NCBI RefSeq assembly: GCF_030144855.1
Contig: NC_082710.1
Location: 121,148,001 to 121,212,000, forward strand
Reading direction: 5' to 3'
DNA length: 64,000 nucleotides
Source of the DNA: Hypanus sabinus
Taxonomy: Eukaryota
This document shows, piece after piece, positions 37,198-51,257 of the stretch; position 1 is the first letter of the stretch, and every line of letters starts with the position of its first letter. The translations under genes were made by a program, and so were the position numbers. The notes under the pieces were generated by a model. That model saw nothing but the letters and a program-made list of their open reading frames with translations, had not been told where the DNA came from and made no database searches.

Positions 37198-37590
37198 GAA
37201 AATAGAACATAGAAAAGTACTCCAAAGGAACAGACTCTTTAATCCATAATGATGGTGTTATCATGATGTTAGATTAACCTAGTCCCTTCTGGCTGCATAT
37301 GATCTGTTATTCCCTGATTGACCATGTGCCTGTCTAACTGTTTCTAAAACATCGTTTCCATCACCTCCTCTTGGCAGAACGTTCCAGCCACTTCCACAAT
37401 TTGTTAAAAAAAACACCATTTCATACACATCTTCTTTAAACATTACTCTTCTAAAATAAAAGCAATGCTTCCTGATATGGTTTTTTCACCTTGTAAAAAA
37501 AGACTTTGATTCACTAAAATGTCACTGCTTCTCATAATTTACTATATTTCTATCTGATTACCCTTTAGTCTTTGATTCTCCAGTGTAAAG
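37198..37590 (-). mobile_element. CR1 3' end, decayed
   Basis: 'aatagaacatagaaaagtactccaaaggaacagac' plus reverse C-terminal motifs. Confidence 0.6.
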
Positions 37591-37834
37591 AATAAGAATT
37601 ATAGAGCAAGTTCTGTGGAAATCTGGCTAATGTATTTCCTATTTACAAAAATACTTACTGGCACAAAAGATGGAAACCAACTTTTTAGGTCATCCGATTT
37701 CTACCAACTGGACCTCTGCCTAGTCCTACCTCCCTGCACCTAGACTATAGTCTTCCATACCTCTCTCCTCCATGTACATAACCAAACTTATTTTACATGT
37801 TTTAATTGTATTTATATATTCTCTCTTGGTATAA

Positions 37835-38670
37835 ATTAAGACCAAGGAATTGATTGTAGATTTCAGGAGGGGTAAGCCAGAAGTCTGTGAGCAGTACTCA
37901 TCGGAGAATCAGAGGTGGAACAGCGAATCAGCAACTTTACATTCTTGGGTGTCACTATCTCAAAGGTCCAGTCCTGGACCCTTCATATAAATGTAATTGC
38001 AATGAAAGCATGACAACACCTCTATTTCCTCAGGAGCCTGCAGAGATTTGGCATGTCATCAAAACCTTGGCAAACTTTTATAGCTGTTTTGCAGAAAGTG
38101 TGCTGACAAGCTGCATTATATGGGAACATCAATGTCTTTGGGCAGAAAATCCTGCAAAAGGTATTGGATCTCGCTCAATACATAATGGGTAAAGCCCTCC
38201 CAACTAGTGAGCACGTCGGCGTGAACCGCTGTTGTAGGAAAGCAGCATCCAACATCAGAGTTCCCCACTACCTAGCCCACACTCTTTCCTCACCACTGTC
38301 CTCAGGTAGAAAGTACAGGAGCAAATTCCAGGAGCATTGGGACTCACTCCATCAGGTTCAAGAACAGTTACTGCCCCTCAACTATCAAGCTCTTAAACAA
38401 AAGAATATAACTACACTCATTCTATTTCTGGTGTTCCCACAACCAATGATCGCACGTTAAGGACTTTTTGTCTTGTTATTTCATGCTCTTGTTATTTATT
38501 GTTATTTATTTATATTTGAATTTGCACAGTTTGTTGCTTATTGATCCTGTTTACAATTATCATTCTATAGATTTGCTAAGTATGACCACAGGAAAAAGGA
38601 TCTCAGGGTTGTATGTGGTGACATGTTTGGATTCTGATAACAAATTTTCCTCAGAAATTTTACTTTGAAC
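37835..38670 (+). mobile_element. Rex1/Babar 3' part
   Basis: 'aagaccaaggaattgattgtagatttcagg' (KTKELIVDFR); ORF 38164..38460 RKAASNIR.PH..H.L..PLSSGRKYRS; tail 'tttactttgaac'. Confidence 0.8.
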
Positions 38671-40440
38671 ATTGAATCAACATCCACAACTTCTGCTGGC
38701 AACTTGCACCACACTTGCATCAGCCTTTGCATGAAAACATTCTGCCTCATGTTCCTCTTAAACATTTCAACTTTCACCTTTAACCTATGACCTTTCCTTC
38801 AATTCTCACATATCCAAGGGGGAAAAGCCTGCATGCATTCATCCTATCTATAACCCTCATAGTTTTATATACTTCTAGACAGCACCCCCTCATTTTCCTG
38901 CACTCCAGTGAATTAAGACCTGACTTATTAGACTTTTCCTTGTAATTTAGCTTTTCACATTCCAGCAACATCCATGCCATTATTCTCTGCACAATTTCAA
39001 GCTCATTTGTATTTTTCTTGTAGGTATTTGACCAGAACTGCACAAAATACTGTGGATTCAGCCTCACCATTGTCTTATCCAGCTTTTGCATAACATCCCA
39101 ACTCCTGTACTTAATACAGTAGTCCAATTTATGAAGGTCAGTATGTCAAAATCTCTCTTTATGTCCCCTGATACCTGTGCTGCCACTTTTAAAGAATTAT
39201 GGATCTGCATGCCCAGGTTCTTCTGTTATACCGGGTGTTTCTCTGATTGACAATCAGCAGTGAGTGGTGTGCTACAGAGGTCGGTGCTGGGCCTGCAACT
39301 GTTCATGATATACATTAATGATCTGGAGAGGGGAACGTGTATAGTGTATCTAAGTTTTCCAATGGCACTAATTTGAGTGGAAAAGTAAATTGTGCAGAGT
39401 ATACTGAGAGTCTACAGAGAGATATAGATAGGTTAAGTGAGTGGGCAAGGGCCCAGCAGATGGAGTACAATGCTGGTAATTGCAAGGTCATCCACTTTGG
39501 AAGGAAAAATGGACTGCTGTTTAGAAGGATTTGGGAGTGCTTGTGCATGAATTGCAAAAGGCTGCTTTGTAGGTGCAGCAGGCTATCAAGAAGACAAATG
39601 AAATGTTGGCTATCATTGCTGGAGGGATTGAATTTAAGACTGGGGAGGATATACTGCAATTGTATAGGGTACTGGTGAGGCTGCACCTGGAGTACAGCGT
39701 GTAATTCTGGTTCCTTTACCTGAGGAAGAATATACTGGCTTTGGAGGTGGTGCAGAGGAGGTTCACCAAGTTGATTCCAGGGATGAGGAAGTTAGACTAT
39801 GAGGCGAGATTAAGTCGCCTGTGACTACACTCAATGGTATTCAGAAGGATGAAATAAGATCTTATAGAAACATATCAAATTATTAAAGGGATAGATAAGA
39901 TAGAGACAAGAAAGGTATTTACACTGGTAGGTGAGACTAGAACTAAGGGGCATAGACTCAAGATTTGTGTGAATAAATTTAGGATGGAGATGAGGTGGAA
40001 CTATTTTTCCCAAAGAGTTGTTTATCTGTGGAATTTGCTGCCAAATGAAGTAGTGGAAGCTACCTCAATCAATATATTTAAGACAAGGTTAGATAGAGTT
40101 TTGCATAGTAGGGGAATTAAGGGTTAAGGGGAAAAGGCAAGTAGGTGGAGATGAGTCCATGGTCAGATCAGCCATGATCTTATTGAATGGGGGACTAGGC
40201 TCGATGGGCCAGGTGGCCCACTCCTGCTCCTATTTCTTGTGCTCTTATGTTCTTATACCACACACCTTTGATTTTCGCCATTCACTGTGTAAGTCTTACG
40301 CTGGTGTGTCCTCTCAAGCTGCAACAACTCACACTTGTCTGAATTAAATTCCATCTGCCAACTTTCAGACCAATTTCCTAGCCAGTCATGATCATGCTAC
40401 AAGCTTTAATAGCCTTCCTCCTGATCCACTATGTCCGCCA
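38671..40440 (-). mobile_element. CR1 LINE split by an opposite-strand CR1
   Basis: ORFs 38565..38777 and 38780..39127 are CR1 ORF2-like; resumes at 40260 ('ctgaattaaattccatctgcca'). Confidence 0.75.
39233..40252 (+). mobile_element. 5'-truncated CR1 with apparent 7-bp TSD TTATACC
   Basis: RT motifs (LQRDIDRLSEWA..QMEYN..C.VIHFG); tail 'cctatttcttgtgctcttatgttc'; TTATACC at 39226-39232 and 40253-40259. Confidence 0.8.
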
Positions 40441-40739
40441 ATTGACAGTCATGAATTTTTGATAACTTGTGGCTGTGAAAGGCTTTTTTTGTGAATTGAA
40501 GTCTTGCTTACGTTAAAATATTTGGAATGGTTAAGCACAATGGTCATTCTTTCTGTCTTTTCAGTATAAACTAGATTTGTTTGGCAATATTATCATTCGA
40601 TAGCTATTACAGCTACCTTCTGATTCCACCTGAACCCACCTTGGTGGAGTAAATGTGAGCTCTTGTAGACTGCTGTTTATTGAGTATAGCTTTATATTCA
40701 ATTCTATAATTTGAAACAAATTCATCTGCAAATTCCTAA

Positions 40740-41700
40740 TCCTGGGATTTAACATCTACCTTTGCAACTGGATCTTTGCCTGACCAACAGTCTGACCAAC
40801 AAACTGTTATACACAAAGTAAGGCAGCAACACCTCTGCCACAATTATTCTCGATGCCAGTACCCTGAATGGTGCTGCGTCCTCAGCCCCCAGTTTACTCC
40901 TTGTACATTCACTATTGTGTGGTTATATGCTACTCTAACTCCATCGATACATTTGCAGATATCACCACCGTTAGGGCGTATTCTGGAGTTATGGTATTTA
41001 GCAAACATTAATTTCAACAGCAACAGGTCTTCAGAACTAAAGTGGATTGTAGATTGAGCATAAAGTGCAGCTCAAAATGATAGTGTTCTTGGAGCTGCAG
41101 ACTGGGGTCAATTGCAAACCAAGAAAGCAGGTGAAGGGTGGGTGTCTGGAGTGTTGGTATTAATATCTAGGTGTTTGAAATTTATATGTAATTCCAAGGA
41201 AGCATTGTGCATACATTGTAACTATAAAATTATCCTCCCATTACCTTTGATCTTTACAATATAAAATTGTCATGTAATATTGGGTTAGGCAGGCCTCTTC
41301 TTCCAAGAGTATCTTCAGTACGATACCTGGTGTTGTGCAGAATGAAGGCCTCTAGATCACTAGTGTCTCCCAGTGACTTCGATCACAGTAACAACAACCA
41401 CTAGAGTAGGCCATATCTCAAAGTGTGATGAGCTGAAGCACGGGAAAGAGACTAAGAAACTTGTGACATCATGCCACAGTAATTACCTATCTTTCAATCT
41501 CAGCAACATAAAAATGCTGATCATTGGATGTGTACGTACTTTTGTTTATATCAAAGGTGCTGAGGTTGAGGTTTTGAACATCACCAGCAACCTCTCCTGG
41601 TCCAGCCACATTGATGCCATAGCCAAGAAAACTGACCAGTCCTTCTACTTCCGAAGGAGCCTAAAGAAATCTGGCACATCCTTCAGGCCCTCACCAATTA
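40740..41700 (+). mobile_element. Rex1/Babar RT fragments (40740-40980 and 41390-41700)
   Basis: 'ctttgcaactggatc', 'tgcgtcctcagcccc', ORF 41373..41714 NLSWSSHIDAIAKK..Q..YF.R.LKK.G. Confidence 0.6.
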
Positions 41701-41977
41701 ATAAAACCAAATGATACAGATAGATTTATGTGAATACCAACACCACAAGCAATGTAACATGTTTTTTGAAATTATCCAAGATATGACAGAAACGATTACA
41801 GATGTGTACTGATATGACCTCTGTACTCTATATCTGAACTCACATATACTGTCACTCTTTATTTTGAACTGAAGTCATTCTGAATGCCACATAGAATGCA
41901 GACCTGCTTATTGTATCCCACAATTTGCCAAAGTCTTCCTCAAGCATTCCTTACCTCGCAACCCAAAAATCATACTT

Positions 41978-42460
41978 AAGATAAGACCATAAGATATAGA
42001 AGCAAAATTAGGCTACTTGACCCATCGAGTCTGATCTATTTCCCTCTCAGCCCCAATTTCCTGCATTCTCCCTGTAACCGTTCATGCCCTGGCCTATCAA
42101 GAATTTATCAACCTCAGCCTTATATATACCCAAATACTTGGTTTCTATAGCCACCTGGGGCAATGAATTCCACATATTCACCATCCATGGCTAAAGAAAT
42201 TCCTCCTCATTTCCATTCTATTCCCTCTATTCTGAGTCTGTGTTATTTGGTCTTGGACTGCCCTACTATAGGTAACATCCACTCCAAGTCCATTTTTTTT
42301 TTGAAGCTTTTCAACATTTAATAGGTTTCAATGAGGTCCCCACTCATTCTTCTGAATTCCCGTGAGTACAGGCCAAAGCCATCAAGTACCCTTCATATGA
42401 TAAGCCATTCAATCCCGGCATGATTTTCAAGAACCTCCTTTGAACCCCCTTCAATATTGA
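41978..42460 (-). mobile_element. CR1 3' end
   Basis: 'aagataagaccataagatatagaagcaaaattaggc' tail plus reverse C-terminal motifs. Confidence 0.7.
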
Positions 42461-44992
42461 CATGCTTATGACAAGTTGACCATTTCAATACTCCATTTTG
42501 AAGTTTCCATATTCATCTCATCAACTTCAACCAGACCATGAATTGTCCAATATAGTTTTTCCCCCAATGATCAACATAACAAGAGTGCCTTAAAGGAAGA
42601 AAAGTTCAATTTATCATCTTTCTAAAGTGTTATAAATGCCTATTGTGGACCTGTCACCTGTCACTTTTGTGACATTGCCACACAGTAAGAATGCAGGTAG
42701 AAAAGCTGATGGTTGCATAAACAAATTATCCAAGATTGCCTTTGAAGCTTATCGCCAATTTGAAAATTTCAGCATGAATTTCGGCGGGCTTTAACTAAAT
42801 TTCTTGTCACTGATCTGCACAGCGTTCTGATTTATTTCAGATTTCTGGCTTCTATCTTGTTTTACATCAGCTCTGCCATAAAATATAAAATTAAACTACA
42901 AATGAGTGGGTCACAGCATTCCCACTCTCCCTTATGGCAAAGTTGTAGAGCAGTAAAGCACAGAGACAAGCCCTTTGGCCTATCTGGTCTGTGCCGAACT
43001 GTTATTCTATTTAGTAACATCAACTGCATGTGGACCATAACCCTGCATTATCTCGCCTCTATGTACTTACTCAAACTTCTCTTAAATGTTGAAATCAATT
43101 CCCATCCACCATTTCCTTTATGAGTAAAGATCATAAAAGACTTTGGTATGAATCAGCTACAAATTTAAATCTTGTAATCCTTAAACAGATTTTAAGTAAC
43201 TATTATTTTAATTCATAATTGCAAAAATGAAAGCCGGCTATGTTCCTTGCAGCATCTTGGCTTAGAAATATCATCTGATTTTGAAAAATGTAGTTTCACT
43301 ATGAGTTATATGTTCTTGAAGATATTTGACTACAATCTTAATACCGTTAAATGAGATTAGCTGAAAAAAAGTTGATCAACAAACCATGTTGAATTTGTTT
43401 GGTTTGGATTATGTCCACTGAAGCTCTGAAGTACTGAGGGCTTGGAAAGAAATCAATAAGGAATATTTCAGCCTAAAGCATTGTATAAAAATGGTATAAA
43501 GATGGAACTACAAATGTCGCTTCCTCTTTTCAGACTTAAAAAAAAACATTTGAACAGAACAGGTTAAAGAATTTGACAGTTGATAAAGGGACATATTACC
43601 AGAGGTTTATACGTAAAAGGTTAAGAAAAAAACCTTTATAAAATATATGTATTTTGTCTTACAACCTATTGAAATATTTGTCCTTCTCCAATCCCGATCC
43701 CTTCACCAAAATGATTTTAACTGCTGCACTCTTGTTGGTCATAATGCCAGCTGCCAACTAATTTTTTTATATTTGCTGACTAATTCTTCCTAATGTTCAA
43801 CTTTACTTTTCTCCTGTAAATTTTATTGAGACCCTCAAGTCAGTCAATAAATTTTGTTCTATTGCCCTACTATCGCCGAAGGTGACATAATCAAATTATG
43901 TTCACTTATGATCTAGTGAAGCACCTAGAGATAATTCACAATTAGAGATACTGTAGAAATATTACTTGTTGTTGGTGTCATTTTTGTCATCCACTTACGA
44001 AACTGGAAATGCCTATCAGTTGAAACATATAACATTTACATTTTTCTGATATGTTAACATCCCACAGGAGGTTTCAGACAAGTTGAATAAAGCATTATAT
44101 TTTGAAAGGTTTGAATGTCTTTTGTTAACATGCTCATAAATGGCTCTTTGGACACGTGAAGAAAATAAATGTTTGTGCACTGAATCTGGAGTCAACCTCA
44201 TGCTTTGAGTGCATGAGTTATTTTAGTTGTAATCAGACTGATATAATTAAGAAGGTATTGGCTGTTAGAAACATAGAATTGCATAGATTTGACCTGACTT
44301 GATGTTTGCAACTGCAATTTTAACAATGTATTTTTCTGTATCCTTCATGTTTTAAATTTCCGCAGAATTTACCCATTTTGCTGAAGTCGATTCCATCATC
44401 ACTTTCATTTATCCATGAATCTGCTTTTGCAAACCTTCAAAGTACAGCAGCAATTCCAGGTCATAGCAACCCCCTGTTGAAGTAATATTTTCCTCATTTT
44501 TCCTTTACTGCTCCTTCTTCTTCCAATTATCTTAAATTTGTATTCTGTGGCTGCGGCTCATTTTTAAGGTATTATATTAATTTATTCATCATTTCAAATA
44601 TTCCCATTAATTATCCCTTTACAATTCTTGGCACTTATTTTCCTGCATTTCTGATTTGTGGCTGTGAGTATGATCGTTGTCCTCTATTACATGGTGCAGA
44701 GTCATTTCAACGGACACTGGGTTATTTCTGCAAGATCAACTAAGGAAAATAGTCTAGACTACTAAAGTCCTTTTCTAATGAACAGCCCAAATTTATATGC
44801 TTTTTGCAATTATTCTAAGGTATTATTCAAATAAGGTCATACAGATTAATGGAATGTCTAGTTTACCGAAATCCAAGTATGATTGATAACATGGAAATAA
44901 TATTCTTGTAGATTATGGGTTCACAAAAAAAAATAGCAATTCAGTCACCACAAAAACAAGAGATTCAACTCCTTCTCTAGATATAATTCTAG

Positions 44993-47210
44993 CTGTGAGG
45001 CAATGTTACAGCTCTGTAAAAATCTTATTCAGACCACACATGGAATATTATTTTCAGTTCTGGTCACCTCATAATAGGAAGGATGTGGAAGTTTTAGGGA
45101 GGGCGCAAAGGAGATTTACCAGGATGGTGCCTGAATTGGAGAGCATGTCTTATTTAAGATTCAAGATGGTTCATTGTCATTCTTCATTACACTGATGTAA
45201 GGGAGAACAAAATGATTGTTACTTCAGATCCAAAAAAATAAGCATAAAGAACACAATACAATAATACAATGAATAAAAATTTATAAGAATAGTTGACTGA
45301 TTGTATGTACATTAAATGACATTTGGTACAGAGGTATCTGTAGATACGGTGACTGTGACAGTGATGAAGTTATGGTGCTGGTATGGGTGGGCAAAAGCCT
45401 GATGGCTTGGGGGAGGTAACTGTGTTTGAGTCTGTTGATCCTGGTGTGGATTTTGTGTAGCTCTCCCTGATGGGAGTGGAACAAACAGTCCATGAGCAGG
45501 GTGGGTGGGATCTTTATGATATTGCTGGCCTTTTTCCGGTACCTTTCTCGAGTCCTTGATGGTGGAATGGTTGGTGCTTCTGATGCACTGGACAGTTTTA
45601 ACTACGCATTGTGGAGCTCTCCTGTCTGCCACTGTGTGGTTTCTGCACATAGTGATGTGTCATCTAAGGATCCACTGAACTACTCATCTGTAGAAGGTCG
45701 TTAGTAGTGATGTATATAGTCAAGCTCTCTTCAGCCTCCTCAGAATGTAGAGCCATTGGTCAGCATTCTTGATTGTTGCAACATGTGTTCTTAGACCATG
45801 AGAGTTTGTTCAAGATGTGCACTCCCAAGAGGTTGAAACAGCTTGCAGTTTTCTCTTGTGTGCTGCTGTTGTGAAAAGGGGAGTGAGGTGCACAGGTTTT
45901 CCTGAAGTCAATAACCATCTCCTATGTCTTCTTGACATTGAGGAAGGGGTTATGTACCAGGCCTCAGGTTCTTCCACCTCCTCTCTGTAAGCCGTCTCAT
46001 CATTGTTGACAATGAAGCCCACCATAGCAGTGTCATCAGCAAACTTGATAATGTGATTCATTGGGTGTTTGGCCGTGTAGCCATGTGTGAGCGGAGTGTA
46101 CGGCAATGAGCTCAGCCCACATAACTGACAGGCATCCATGTTGAAGATCATCTGGATGGAGGATTAATTGAGCATTCTGACTATCTGAGGTCTGTTTGTT
46201 AAGAAGACCAACACCCAGTTGCACAGAAGTGTATTTAGACCGAGGAGTAGGATCTTGTCCACCAAGGTCGGTGGGACAATAGTGTTGAATGCTGAGCTAA
46301 AATCCAGGAACAACATATGTCCTTGATTACTAGGTGCATCGAGGTCAGGTACTTGACAGATGCTATGACAGCTGTTGTAGAGTGGTGATGTCGATAAGCA
46401 CATCGTTGGGTGTCCACTGTGGCAGGAATGGAGATTTTGTTTGTGCCATTCCAGCCATTCAAAGCACTTCATGTTGATTGACTTCAGTGTCAGCAGGAGG
46501 CAGTCATTTTGTTCTGAATATGTAGTGTTGCTTGATATAGGGATGATGATGAGGGATCGGAAACATGTGGGGACAGCAGCCAGGATGAATGAGATGCTGA
46601 AGCTGTCCATGAAATGTCAGTGAGCTGGTGTGTGCGCTCTGTGAGTACTGGGCCTGGGATGTTGCCGAGGCCAGCAATCTTATTGGGGTTGACTCTGCAG
46701 AGTCCTTCTCACATCTGCTGCCATTGCAAACAGCGGCTGGCATTGTGTTGCATGCCTCAAAGTGTACATGGAAGTTGTTTAGAGCATCAGGGAGGGAGGC
46801 ATCACTGGTATGAAGATAGTTTAAGTGAGCTTCAGAGAGTGGGATGAGGAGAGGTGACTTGAAAGAGGTATATAAGATGATAAGAGGCATTGATAGAACA
46901 AACATCTAAAGACTATTTCCCAGGATAGAAATGGCTAATACAAGGGAGAATAATTTTAGGGTGATTAGTGAAAAGAAGAAGGGGATGTCAGAATAAAAGT
47001 TGACACAGAGAGTGGTAGGTGCATGGACTGAGCTACTAGGGATGGTGGTAGGGGCAGATAGATGAAGGATACTTAAGGCACATGGATAGTAGAAAAATGG
47101 AGAGTTATGTCAGAGGGAAGGGTTAGATTGATCTTAGAGTAGGTTAAAAGATTGGTACAGCATCATGGGCCAAAGGGTCTGTACTGCGTTATAATGTTCA
47201 ATGTTCTATC
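44993..47210 (+). mobile_element. CR1 3' part split by a Rex1/Babar insertion
   Basis: RPHMEYYFQFWSPH..RFTRMVPELESMSY stops at 45153 and resumes 'gaagatagtttaagtgagct' at 46812; terminal hairpin and tail at ~47165-47210. Confidence 0.8.
45154..46808 (-). mobile_element. Rex1/Babar LINE (RT + 3' end, 5'-truncated)
   Basis: ORFs: LPDALNNF, MKCFE, LFLDFSSAFNTIVP..LCNW.L.FLTNRPQ, IIKFADDT; possible TAT duplication at both junctions. Confidence 0.9.
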
Positions 47211-47687
47211 TAAATTCCAGCTGACTTGTACTATCAATGAGTAGGTCCACTAGATCAGTGTGCAATAGGTTTTCAAATGCTTTAGCAAATGCTTTATGGT
47301 TCAATCAGCAGAATTGTGCAGTGAATGTGTCCACAATTGCTATATTCTACTCTGCCCTTCATGGAAATGGCATTCTGAAAGGTTTCTGTTTTGTACAGCT
47401 TTGATGAATTCAGTGAGGCAAATCATTATGGTGACAACTCGTTTACAGGAGTCCTTGCTGACAAGGGCACTAGTCATATTCTCTTGGAAATTTGTTTACA
47501 ATATTCATTCTAGCTTAGTCACTATAGCTTGACCTAAGATTTCACTTGAAAATAAAAAAGGAATTCTCATAATCTTCAGACGGTAATGCACCTGATCTCT
47601 TTGTCCTAACTTGACCATGTTGATAATTACTCTGTAATTGAGAACAGCTTCCAGGAAGATTAATATTCATGATTAACAAAATAAGGC

Positions 47688-47915
47688 CAGGGTAGCACAA
47701 TGCGCAATGGTTAATGGTTAATTCTCGGAGCATTCTGGAGTTCAGAATTCAATACCGACACAGTCTGTATATCTCATGACCCACCCCACAGCCCCCCCCC
47801 CCCCACCGCCCATGACTACATGGGTTCTCTCTGGGTGCTCTGATTTCTTCTCACAGTAAGCTAATTCATCATTGCAAATTGTTTTGTGATTAGGCTAGTG
47901 TTAGATAGAGGTGGT
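47688..47915 (+). mobile_element. V-SINE/HE1-like SINE
   Basis: 'ggagttcagaattcaata' B box; 'ctctgggtgctctgatttcttctcacag'; 'tgtgattaggctag'. Confidence 0.65.
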
Positions 47916-48289
47916 TAAGAGGCTCTGAGACATGAATGCACAAGTGCCTTTAACAGAATGGAGGCATATTGAGATTGTGTTAACAGATGGGAATAGTTTA
48001 GTAGGATAACAATTACTAGTTTAATTAGTTTGTCATAGGCTAGAAGGCCACTTATTGTACTGTTTTATGTTCTTGTTCTAACTGCATAATTCATTGGTGG
48101 GACCACATTTGGAGTACTGTGTGCAGTTCTGGTTGCCTAGTTATAGGAAAGATTGCATTAAGGGTGCAAAAAGATGGACAAGGGTATTATCAGGAATGAA
48201 GGGCTTAATTTATACTGGGGGTTGGTTTGATTGAGACTTTTTTCCCTGGAGTGAAGGAGGCTGAATGGTGACCACAAAGAGATGTGTTT

Positions 48290-49935
48290 GGGTGCTACAA
48301 TAGTGTAGTGGTTAGCATGATGCTATTACAGCTCAGGGCATCAGTGTTTAGAGTTCAATTCTAGCATCCTCAATAAGAAAGTTTTTATGTTCTTCCTATA
48401 AGCTTGTGGGCTTTCTCCAGTAGTCTGGGTTCCTTCCACATTTCAAAAACGTACCAGTTAGAAGTTTAATTGGTTGTTCTTACTTCAGTGGTTGGTAAGT
48501 TGATGGAGAAGATCCTGAGAGGCAGAATTTATGAATATTTTGAGAGGCATAATATGATTAGGAACAGTTAGCAAGGCTTTGTCAAAAGCAGGTCATTCCT
48601 TACAAGTCTGACTGAATTTTTTGAGGATGTGACTAAACACATTGATGAAGGTAGAACAGTAGATGTAGTGCATATAGATTTCAGCAAGGCATTTGATATG
48701 GTACCCCATGAAAGGCTTTTTGAAAGTAAAGAGGCATGGGATCCAAGAGGACATTGTTTTGCGAATCCAGAATTGGCTTGTCCACAGAAGGCAAAGAGTG
48801 ATTGTAGATGGGACACATTCTGCATGGAGATCGGTGACCAGAGGTGTGCTTCAGGAATCTGTTCTGGGACCCTTACTCTTTGTGATTTTTATAAATGACC
48901 TGGATGAAGAAGTGGAGGTTTAGGTTAGTAAATTTTCTGATGACACAAATGTTGGGGATGTTGTGGATAGTGTGGAGGTCTGTCAAAGGTCACAACAGGA
49001 TATTGATACGATGCAAAACAGAGCTGAGAAGTGGCAGATGGATTTCAACCCAGATAAGTGTGAGGAGGTTCATTTTGGTAGGTCAAGTATGATGGCAAAA
49101 TATAGTATTAGTGGTAAGACTCTTGGCAGTGTGGAGGATAATGGGGATCTTGGGGTCTGAGTCCATAGGTCATTCAATGCTGTTGTGCAGGGTGACGGTG
49201 TGGTCAAGAATGCATATGGTGTATTGGCCTTCATCGACCGTGGGATTGAGTTCAAGAGCCTAGAGGTAATGTTACAGCTATGTAGGACCCTGGTCAGACC
49301 CCACTTGGAATATTGTGCTCAGTTCTGGTCACAGCACTACAGGAAGGATGTGGAGACTACAGAAAGGGTTCAGAGGAGATTTAAGAATGTTGCCTGGATT
49401 GGGGAGCATGCCTTATGAGAATAGGTTGAGTGAAGTTGGTCTTTTCTCTTTGGAGCGACAGAAAATGAGAGGTGATCTGATAGAGGTGTATAAGATGATG
49501 AGAGACATTGATCATGTGGATAGTCAGAGGCTTTTTCCCAGGGCTGAATACAAGAGGGCACAGGTTTAAGGTGCTTGAAAGTAGGTACAGAGGAGATGCC
49601 AGGGGTATGTTTTTTAGACATAGTGTAGTGACTGCATGGAATGGGCTGCCGGCAACAGTCATAGATGCAGATACGATAGTGTCTTTTAAGATTCTCCTGG
49701 ATTGGTACACAGAGCTTAGAAAAATAGAGGGCTATGGGTAACCCTTGGTAATTTCTAAGGTGAGTACATGTTCAGCACAGCATTGTGGGCTGAAGGGCCT
49801 GTATTGAGCTGTAGGTTTTCTATGTTTCTTTTATAAATTGTTCTGTGATTAGACTAGTGTTAAACAGCAGGGTTACAGAGTGGAGCAGCTTTGGGCTGGA
49901 CGGGTCTGTTCTGTGCAGTATCTCTAAATAAATAA
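48290..49935 (+). mobile_element. V-SINE (48290-48478 and 49833-49935) split by a CR1
   Basis: Head 'tagtgtagtggttagc...agagttcaattc' and V-domain break at 'ttaattggttgtt'; resumes 'taaattgttctgtgattagactag...gtatctctaaataaataaa'. Confidence 0.7.
48479..49830 (+). mobile_element. Relatively young 5'-truncated CR1 (RT + 3' end)
   Basis: ORFs [49 protein letters not shown]; tail 'gttttctatgtttct'; same subfamily as 56140-56930. Confidence 0.9.
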
Positions 49936-51257
49936 ATGCATGCGTAAATAACTATGACACAGAGCCGATACATTGCAAATCTTCATTTCCTTTCATCGCG
50001 TTTTACTTAACTATCTACGCTTTCTATGTTTTGAACAAATGAGATCTGGTATCACAGGAGATAGTAGATTTCTCAAACTGAAAAGAAATTTCACGGGATT
50101 GAGGTGACACCCATTACATGATAGCTGATTTATATCGTCAAAGTGCTGTTGGCTGAATTGCTGGCTGTCCACTCTCATGGCTTATGTTTCACTGGTTTGT
50201 GGATTTGAGGTAGAAAGATGGGGTGTGATGTGTGCTCCTTCACTGAGATAAAAACAATATCCGTTGCACAGATTTCAACTGTGACAAGTTTTAGGTTCTG
50301 GATTTGCCATTCCAAAGATCAGTAGCATGACTGATCAAACAGGGAAAACCCAAGCACATTGGTTTCTATTGTACGGCAATAGTGATTCAAGCTTAACTGG
50401 TCTATAAATGGCTGAACAAGTACTGTCAAGTTCAAATTAACTGAATCCAAAAAGAAATGTCTGGTCATGGAAAGAACACTTTAACAACAGACATCAGCTC
50501 GGAGGATAACATATTCACTTGGGCCTGCAGCATCAGACAAACATTTGACATGCCTGAATACCTGCCTCACCTGTTTAGTTAATATGTCCTTTACTGTGTC
50601 TACTGATTTTACTTTTTCTGAATGGATTGAATCCCAAGATTCAAGTCTTGTTTCAGTGGACTCATGTTATCAAAAATGTATATCAATTTCATCTGAATGT
50701 TGCAATTTAATCAATTTTATGTTAATAGTAATCATTTATCTCATTTGTTAATTCAGGCTTTTAAACTTTGGTGGATTGTCAATATATATCCATGATTAGA
50801 TTGCAATGAGGCATACTTGAGTTCTGGGAATAGATTCATCAAAAAATAGTATAGACTGAATTCAGCATTAAAGTCTTTCTCTCTTATATCATTATTAATT
50901 TTGCATTTCTTTAAATAGAAACACTCTACTGCCTCAGAAATCTTGTATAGTCTTTGTCCAGGTAATAAATGGCTTCTTCAGCCTCCAACTTAAACAGGTG
51001 ATTGTTTAAAAATTATATATTTGTTTCTGTTCCTTACTACAAGTTTTGTTTACTCCAAGGCAGCCTGTGATATGTTCTTGCTTGAATGTGGACCAGTGAG
51101 AAGTTGTTCCACTCCTAATCTCGTTTTCAGGGGCTAGTGGCATTTTCACTTACTCTGCCCATATGTTGGTGATATCTTTATCTCCCAAACACAGCCAAAC
51201 CTGTCCTGCATCCTCTTCACCACTGCTGCTGCTACTTCCGGATTGCCGAAGTCAGGA

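Noticed and set aside
48290-48365. tRNA-like A/B boxes (also 33928, 47688, 52095)
   Set aside because: SINE heads followed by a V-domain; no cloverleaf, so not tRNA genes.
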